Made by a program: the position numbers and the translations under genes
Notes under the pieces: generated by a model
What the model saw: the letters and a program-made list of their open reading frames with translations, nothing else
Databases searched by the model: none
Told to the model about the DNA's origin: nothing
Shown here: positions 55,665 to 64,000 of the stretch, piece by piece
How positions within the stretch are numbered: the stretch's first letter is position 1
How the letters are laid out: every line of letters begins with the position of its first letter
From: Eledone cirrhosa
Lineage: Eukaryota
Direction: 5' to 3'
DNA: 64,000 nt
NCBI GenBank assembly: GCA_964016885.1
Contig: OZ024747.1
Location: 32,736,001-32,800,000 of the forward strand

Positions 55665-56480
55665 AAGGTAAACAATTTTTCACCTTTTTTTTAATTGTTT
55701 TGTTTTGATATTTGCTCTAATTGCTGCTATTAATTTTCTCTCTCACCACTTATTGAATCATTTAAGTTGTGAAATAGACTGGTTTACACACGTGGCTGTC
55801 ACTAACCCTCGTGCTACTTTATGTCACTGATGCTGATATGTAATGTCCGATAAAGGTTCTAGGCACTACCACTGTTACTGTCGCTATCCTATTGCCATGA
55901 GACTTGGAGACTAGAGCTGAATGCTACCATTCTACTATACAACGATGTGGGACTGCTTTTTCTAATAACCAAATTTTCACTATCTTATTAATTTATGTTT
56001 GAGACACGTTGACTGGGGGTTTTTGACGGGAGCTGAAACATTTGTTTTCTAATCTCCTGCCACCACTTAAATTTGTAAATCGGTGGCCGATCGGGGGACA
56101 GAATTGTATCAGATTCCAGTTGCTAATCACTTTATGTGACGGCCGTCAGAAACAGTCATAGCCGGCATGGACTGGAGTTGAATTCTGTCGATCGATTGGT
56201 TATTGATTAGGCGATACCCGCTGATGAAGCCACATACGCCGATTATGCATTGTTGCACAGGTTATGCAGACAGAGGGTGCAATGCACCCTACTGCTGCAT
56301 TAAGTGTCGCCGAAACTCCAGTCCGGGAACTTATATAGGCACCCGTTTTACGTGTGTTGTATTGAAGCGAATAACTATGTGTATATTCTGGGAATGTATC
56401 CTACATTATCTATTGAGTACGCTGAGATACAACCAGTCCTGGCATTGATAAATATGCTGGGTCCGTCAACTCCTTATTAT
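55665..56480 (+). mobile_element. Non-coding hammerhead element (family G) in (TA)n
   Basis: Homologous to 50430-50955 and flanked by TA tracts. Confidence 0.7.
56217..56327 (+). ncRNA. Type-I hammerhead with about 84-nt structured stem II, GUC site (family G)
   Basis: cccg-CTGATGA-agcc...gtcgcc-GAAA-ctccag-tc-cggg. Confidence 0.75.
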
Positions 56481-56486
56481 ATATAC

Positions 56487-56525
<39 letters not shown>

Positions 56526-56579
56526 GATATAGATATATATATAGATATATATATATATATATAAAAGCATATAGACAAT

Positions 56580-56861
56580 ATGCCCCCACACCCCCACCGC
56601 AAGGTGGTCGTGGAGGTGCCACGGCAAAAAAGCACCCAGGCCCACACTGTAAAGTGGACGTGTAGGCGCCACGAAAAAGCACCCAGCACTCACTGTAAAT
56701 GAGGTTGGTGTTAGGACGGGCATCCAGCTGTAGAAATCAAGCCAAATCAGTTCCTGTATGAGCAAGGAATGGTCAGCCGACCAGACACTGCCCACAACAG
56801 GACAACCCGTCTAACCCATGCTAGCGTGGAAGAACGGACGTAAAACGATGATGATGATGAT
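56580..56861 (+). mobile_element. RTE 3' UTR fragment or RTE-dependent SINE with (GAT)n tail
   Basis: Homologous to 60300-60635 (ggttggtgttagga.gggcatcca.ctgtag...aacccatgc.agcgtgg...gatgatgat). Confidence 0.75.
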
Positions 56862-57510
56862 AATAAAAGTATGTGTCCTTTATGTAATTAATACATACAG
56901 GGATACAAGTATAGTCCGTATGCCAGTGTTATTCAATAGCAAGTTAATAAATTAACAAGCCAGAACATAAAATCTAAGGAGTGTAAACACAGAAAATATC
57001 TTACCTAGATAAATGCCACAATGGCGCCTAGCATTCTATTGTAATATTTTACGGAGAAAAAGAAATCCTTTGTTATTTTTTCACTGAGCTTTCCTCTCCA
57101 CATGGACTACCAACATTAAACATGCAGCCTTATAACCTAATCTTCCTTAATCTTCCTGCAACCAAAAAAATCATTATTTTAAAGAACCTTTCTGCTAAAA
57201 TACAAAAACCAAACACTATTAAAGGGACCAAAAAAGAAAAAAAAAGTAAATGAAAAGCATAAAAAGAAATAAGAATCAAGCAACGAGGGAAAGGAAGTTG
57301 AGGAGGGACAAACACTACACCCCAGTCTGAATGTTGCCTCAGCTATGTCTTGCAGACAAAATTCATTGATTCTAAAAGAGGAATAAATAGTTCTTTTACA
57401 TGCTTCAACTAGATTGTATCAGCAATGGAAAGACCAATGGAAACATTGTTTCTTTGCTCTGATTTGACAAGTTCCACACCACTATATGTAAATAAATTAC
57501 CATATATATA

Positions 57511-60500
57511 TTGCGTACGCACCCCAATCCGGACTGCCCGGCACTATAAAAGACAGATTCTATGAGACACTGATGCTAACTACCTCCCAAATATCCGACA
57601 GTGACTATATAATTATCGCAGGCGACCTAAATGGTCACGTTGGACAACATTGTGACGGCTACGATGAAATCCATGGAGGCTATGGGTTTGGTACTAGAAA
57701 TGAGGAAGGCTCCAGAATCCTGGAATTCTGTGATGCAAATAACCTAACTATCTGTAACACTAACTTCAAAAAACGTGACAATCACCTGATCACCTATAGA
57801 TCCGGGGAACACACAAGCCAGGTAGATTATATCCTTACCAGAAGACGTGACAGAGTGTCTGTTGTAAACACTAAATCCCTCCCCCATGAAGAATGCACCT
57901 CCCAACATAGACTGATAATTAGCGACCTCATAGTCAGGACGAGACGTACTCGACAGCAGAAGAGGACTATCCTCAGGAGAAAAATATGGAAGCTAAAGGA
58001 CCCCACAGCCAGGAATAAATTTCAAAGCATATTACTTGATGCTTTCGACAGTAAGGAAGAACATTTAGAGTCGGACAATATAGAGGGAGAGTGGGAATTT
58101 CTGAAAGCAAACCTGCTGTTGGCGACAGACGAAGTCTGTGGCTGGAGCAGGCCTGTAGGCAGGAGGAGAGTAACATGGTGGTGGAACAGTAAGGTGGAGG
58201 GGTCAATTAAGGCCAAAAAGCAGGCTTGGAAAGTATGGCGGGATGGGGGAAGTAGAGAAGACTATCAAGTGGCCAGGAGGGAAACTAGGAGACAAGTGTA
58301 CTTAGCAAGAAGGGAAGCTGAGGAAAGAAAGTTCAAGCATGTTCTACAACGCGATGACCAAAAACGTGAGGTGTTCAGGATTGCTAGGCAATGCGTCAAG
58401 GAAAACCGTGATATTGTCGGGGAGAAGTGTGTACTAAACGACGATGGCACACTTGCCATCACCGACGCTGATAAGAAGGTAGCTTGGAAGTGTCACTATG
58501 AAAGGCTACTAAATGAGGAGAATAAATGGGAGAAAGACAGTCTCCCCCATATCGACCCAATAGAGGGACCAGCAGTGTTAGTCGAGGGGAGTATAATAAG
58601 TAAGGCAATCAAGGATATGAAGACGGGTAAGGCGGCTGGGCCTTCGGAAATAGTTGCTGAGATGCTGAAGGCATCTGGCACGGTGGGACACACAATGGTC
58701 ACCCGCATAGTTAACCAAGTCGTACAGAATGGGGTTGTTCCGAAGGACTGGCATAGCAGCATCATCGTTAACTGTTATAAGGGTAAAGGAGACGCCCTAG
58801 ATAGGAGTAACTATAGAGGCATTAAATTAATCGACCAGGTCATGAAGGTCACGGAAAAAGTAATAGCGCAACTAATCAGAGAGAGAATTGACCTAGATGA
58901 AATGCAGTTCGGGTTTGTGTCAGGCAAAAGTACCACAGACGCTCTTTTCATAGTACGACAACTACAGGAGAAGTACCTAGCTAAAGGTAAACCCCTCTAC
59001 TTAGCTTTTGTCGACTTGGAGAAAGCCTTCGACAGAGTCCCCCGCTCCATTATCTGGTGGGCTCTTAGAAAACTAGGCGTTGACGAATGGCTTGTGAGGG
59101 CTATACAAGCCATGTATAAAGAAACAGTCAGCAAGGTTAGAATTAACAACGAATATAGTGAAGAGTTTAGCGTAAAAGTTGGCGTCCATCAGGGCTCTGT
59201 TCTCAGCCCACTACTATTTATTATTGCCCTTCAGGCTATAACAGAGGAGTTCAAGACAGGCTGCCCATGGGAACTCCTATACGCAGACGACCTGACACTC
59301 ATAGCGGAATCAATGGCCGAGCTAGAGAAGAAATTCCAAACATGGAAGCACGGCCTAGAGTCAAAAGGACTTAAAATTAACCTGGCTAAGACCAAAGTAC
59401 TAGTTTGTAGGAAAGAAAACAAGGCGGCGGTCCCTTCTGGGAAATGGTCGTGCTCGGTGTGTAGGAAAGGCGTAGGTAGAAACTCCATTTTATGTCCTAA
59501 ATGCAAAGTATGGGTGCATAAAAGATGTAGTGGGATCACAGGTAAGCTAACTAAGAACATAGATTTTACATGTGGCCGGTGTTCTGGTGCAATAAGTAGC
59601 AGCAAGTGCCCACAAAATACTAGCTCTTTCAATTGCGCAGAGGGTTCTATAGAAATAGTGGACAGCTTCCGTTAACTGGGCGATAAAATCAGCAGTGGGG
59701 GTGGGTGCTCTGAAAGTACTGTAGCTAGAGTCAGAACTGGTTGGAAAAAGTTCAGAGAGCTTATACCACTATTAGCTGCTAAAAGGTTCTCCCTAAAAAT
59801 GAAAGGCAGGTTGTACGATGCCTGCATACGAACAGCAATGCTGCATGGCAGTGAGACCTGGGCATTGTGTGCAGAGGATATACGCAGACTAGAGAGGAAC
59901 GAAGCTTGCATGCTCCGCTGGATGTGTAACAGTAATATACGTGAACGGCAAAGCATAAACGAACTAAGGAAAAAATTAGAGATAAGAGGGATCAGATGCT
60001 GTTTACTCGAGAGAAGACTACGTTGGTATGGACATGTGATGCGCATGAAAGTCGATAGCTGTATAACAAAGTGCAGGGCAATAAAGATAGACGGTAGTCA
60101 CGGAATAGGCAGACCTAGAAAAACCTGGGACGAGCTGATAAACTCCGACATCACACACTTACACCTCTCCAAGACAATGTCACTGGACCGAGACCTTTGG
60201 CGGTACTCAGTAACAGAGAAAACCCGCCTTACCTAAATATATAGTAAAACCTACTCCAGCCAGTAGGCATCTCTAACAAAATACACCCCGTCCCACCACC
60301 ACCACCCCCACCCCATCCACACCACCCCGTTCTATGTAAAGGTATGTTGGTGCCGCGCCATCGAGGCCGAAACAAATGAGATCGTGTAGGTGTCACGACA
60401 AAAAAACACACAGTCCACGCTGTAATGTGGCCGTGTAGGCAACACGGTAAAAACCTCCCAGACCCACACTGTAAATGTGGTTGGTGTTAGGAAGGGCATC

Positions 60501-60635
60501 CAACTGTAGAAAACCTGCCAGACAGTTCTATGCGAGCAAGACAATTACTCTTGCCTCAAGTGGGACTACCCCCGTCCAAACCCATGCAAGCGTGGAACAC
60601 GGACGTTAAACGTTGATGATGATGATGATGATGAT
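57511..60635 (+). mobile_element. RTE-clade LINE, 5'-truncated within the endonuclease, otherwise nearly intact, with (GAT)n tail
   Basis: One reading frame runs 57573-60236 with a single TAA at 59673-59675, followed by the 3' UTR and tail. Confidence 0.95.
57573..60236 (+). pseudogene. RTE ORF: AP endonuclease, reverse transcriptase, PHD-like finger, C-terminal domain
   Basis: AGDLNGHVG, QVDYIL, SQHRL, QFGF, FVDLEKAFDRV, GVHQGSVLSP, LLYADD, CSVC..CPKC..HKRC..CGRC, RLRWYGHV. Confidence 0.95.
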
Positions 60636-60899
60636 ATTCGAATATAAGCCAGGGAATATGTGACCAAAAAATTGGTAGTAAAATGGGAAGTTGGCTTATA
60701 TACCTCATCTAAACAATGTTTTGATTAGCTGCCTTGGTTTATAAATGGGGTTTGGAATTTTGCTTATTTCTTAGACATAAGAAATGGGGGGGGGGGGGGG
60801 CTCAGCTTATATTTGGATCGTTTTATATTTGAGTATATATGGTATTTCTATCTACACTTTGTTTCAAAAAGTTTAACTTCTTAGACATGCTTAGAAATC

Positions 60900-61335
60900 A
60901 TCACCATTATCATTGGTTTTACATTCATTTTTCCACATTTGCTTGGGTTGGATGACTCCTTCTCAGCATAGCATCTCTCCACTCAACACATTTCTTTGTC
61001 ATCTCCTCTGTGAATCTCAGTAATTTGAGGTCAGCTCTCACTCCCTCTGCCCAGTTCTTTCTCAGTTTACCTCTATTGTGGCTTCCTTGCACTGGCATTT
61101 CCTGGCACTTCTTCACCCAGCGATCATCATCCATGCACATCATGTGTCCATACCAATGCAGTCTTCTCTCTTGCACACCGCGGATTCCTCTTAAACCCAG
61201 TTCCTCCCTCAGTTCATCCAAGCTCTGCCTTTCTCTCAAACATTGCACATCCAATGAAGCATGGCTGTTTCATTTCTCTCCAGTCTAAATATTACTTCTG
61301 CAGTCATTGCCCATGTTTCACTGCCATACAGCATC
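60900..61335 (-). mobile_element. RTE LINE 3' fragment
   Basis: RRLHWYGHM..RGKLRKNW. Related to 44621-45055. Confidence 0.85.
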
Positions 61336-62377
61336 ACCTGGTAGTGAAACATGGGCAGTGACTGCAGAAGAAATGTGATGTTATAAATTTATATAAATAA
61401 TATAGCATGTTCTTATATTCCCAATGAATTTGATATAACAACTGAGCAGTAAAGCCTTTATCTTGTGTATTTATAATTGCAATTTTAAAGTGAAGTTGTA
61501 ATTCCAGCAACTGATTCAAAATTCCATCCACAACAAGATCTGTTGATAACCATTTAGATGTTCAAATATTTAGCAATTTTCACTGCTTTCTTTTCATTAA
61601 TAGCAAAGTATGAATGATTAGAAATTAGTTGTCTGATTGAAGCATGGGGAAATTTCTTACAAGGAATATGTTTTTACTGAGGGAAACTTTGTATTTCTAG
61701 GGAGACATTCAGTACAAGTTATGTATACTAGCAAGTGCAAAGAATCACATGCAAACACATACACACACACTCATACACACATACACACACACACATACAC
61801 ATTTACGCACACTCACACATACACACACATATATATATACACACACATCGACTCACATACTCATACACATACTCACACAAACTTACACTCATACACAGGC
61901 ACTGATACACATAGAATTACACACAGATACATACACACACACAAATCTAAACATAAATAATGAGGGAATTTCATCTTCTAATTTCTGACTGACACCATTG
62001 TTAACAATGAGGGAAATGAGTGAGGTCTCAAATGGAATGGCATTTCCTTACTAGATATTTTCTACGTCTGTCCTTCCCAAACTCAACCTCACTGAACTTA
62101 GAATAACCCTTAATAAAACCTATTTCCAGCACTGGTTAACTCCTACCATGATACTGGTATTATCAGTTTCAATGGTTAATAGATTTTTCATATTTCTTTA
62201 TTTTCCATCAACTTTATTTTTCAAAGTGTCTTTAACTCCATTTGCATCACACTTTTCTAAAACTATAAAATTAAGATAAATCTGCGTAATGTTTTTTGTA
62301 ATATATAAACCTCACACCATAATTATACACACGATCTTAGTCCAAGGGAAGTAACTCTTGTGTTTGTGTCAACAGAT

Positions 62378-62680
62378 GGAGATATCAGCTTAGTTGTTTG
62401 AACGTTGGGCTCTCAAGTGTGAAGTTGTGAGTTTGATTCCTGGACCAGGCAGTGCATTGTGTCCTTCAGCAAGACACTATATTTCACATTGTTCCACTTC
62501 ACTCAGCTGGAAAGAGGGAATTGTGATGTCCCTGGATGCAAAGCTGTGTTGGCCGTTATCTTTTCCTTGGACAACATCAGTTGTATGATGAGGGAATACT
62601 GGTATGCATGCATGACTACTTGTCATTCACAAAATCACCTGATGAAATTGCCTAAGTCTTGTATCATGATTGGATGATGA
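62378..62680 (+). mobile_element. Second tRNA-derived SINE family, diverged
   Basis: B-box-like gagtttgattcc followed by ttgtgtccttcagcaagacact, a core typical of metazoan SINEs. Confidence 0.55.
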
Positions 62681-63479
62681 AACTGGGCCATTGAAATATG
62701 TATAGTGTTTCTGCAAAATTAAAAGTTTAAAGGAAGCTTCCAGTCTGGCCATTTGTTGTTTTTAATGTTATTTATTCTTTATCATTAACATTAATATGAA
62801 AAATAATAATTACATATAATTATTACAAATTTTTGTACCTGATTTTTTTTTTAGAGAAGGGCCTCAAATTTGATATAGGTGAGTACCTCGATAGGTGACA
62901 GTCCAGCCCTGGTAAAGTTAAATGTTACTGTCTTTAAAAAAAGGTTCTCATTTTAAAATATACTTTATGATATAGAAAAAAGACACAATGATCATAATTG
63001 GAATGTCTTTGATTATATGATTGGGCCTGAATTGGTGCTAAATAACAACAACAATACTTTGAAGTAGAATAGAAAGTAAAACGCTGTTTAAAGACTGTTT
63101 CATCTTTATATACATTTTCAGAATGTCTAATCTGTTAGTTACTTTTGTGTGTCTGCTTAAATTTACTTATCTCTTCCACATTGAAAATTTGTTTGAATTC
63201 TGTCTTGCAGTTTAATATTTATATAAAATGAAATACTTGTTGTTAAGTAAATGCATGCACTGTCTCTTTATTCATTTAGTTTGGCAGGCAGATGTCATAT
63301 TTACTTAAAAAGATTTAACGCCTTCTGTCTGAAATACCAAATAGGAACCAATAGTTTTTCCCTGTATTGATTTCTTGCTTTATGAAATATGCAAAGGAAG
63401 TAGAAAGGTAGAAAAATAGAAAGATGAAAAGAAAAGAAAATAAGAAGAGGAAAGAGAAATAATAAGAAATGGGTGTAAT

Positions 63480-63650
63480 AATAATAATAATAATAATAAT
63501 GATGATGATGATTACTGATTTAGGCACAAGGCCATCAATTTTGGGGAAATTTAGGTAAATCAACCGCAGTTCATTACTGGTTCTTTATTTCATTGGCCTC
63601 GTAAGGATGAAAGGCAAAGCTAACCTCAGCAGGATTTGAACTTAGAATGT
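63480..63650 (-). mobile_element. tRNA-derived SINE, diverged, with (ATT)n tail
   Basis: The minus strand reads gttcaaatcctgctgagg..gcctttcatccttacg. Confidence 0.75.
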
Positions 63651-64000
63651 ATAATAAAAACAACAACAATAATAATATTTGATGAAGATTATGATGCTGT
63701 CAATGATGATGATTTCTTTGATTTGCCACAGGAGTGATGGTGGGGAAGATATAATAATGCAGAATTATAAAACAGTGGAGGTTTTCATAAAATCAATTAT
63801 GAAATAAAAATTCGTAGAAGAAAACAACAGTATTCAAAAGGAATAGGAAGACAGTCACATGAAAACAATCAAGGAACCTGATAGATCCTGGATTATCCTC
63901 TCTACTAAGAACAGTGCCCTCAACCTGTTGCATTCCTCAGCCTACAAGAACTTACTGAAAGTAAACCAATTCACTCTGGACATTTTCGCTACTTTTATTT

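Noticed and set aside
61340-64000. Possible host exons in the less repetitive end of the window
   Set aside because: No recognisable domain or convincing spliced frame could be identified by eye.

Overview
Eukaryotic, very AT-rich, repeat-saturated window with no host gene I can support. The tRNA-derived SINE family, RTE LINEs and (TA)n/(CA)n load point to a coleoid cephalopod such as Octopus, which is an inference. Contents: decayed Penelope-like elements (Neptune-, Nematis- and Naiad-type RT/GIY-YIG fragments), three long RTE LINEs (two with a PHD-like finger after the RT), a CR1-type tail, SINEs, a hAT-type MITE and many microsatellites. Almost all of the long Tyr/Ile/Cys/Val ORFs are microsatellite artefacts. 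The main signal the ORF track misses is at RNA level. By eye I found about 21 type-I hammerhead ribozyme motifs with an intact CTGANGA...GAAA core, from about 11 unrelated sequence families, plus degenerate copies. They sit in short non-coding elements inserted in (TA)n tracts as inverted or partial-tandem structures. Several have an unusually long, internally structured stem II (50-100 nt). Several unrelated families repeat with a 525-534 nt period, which suggests retrozyme-like circular RNA units mobilised by Penelope-like RTs. All folds were read manually and none were computed.
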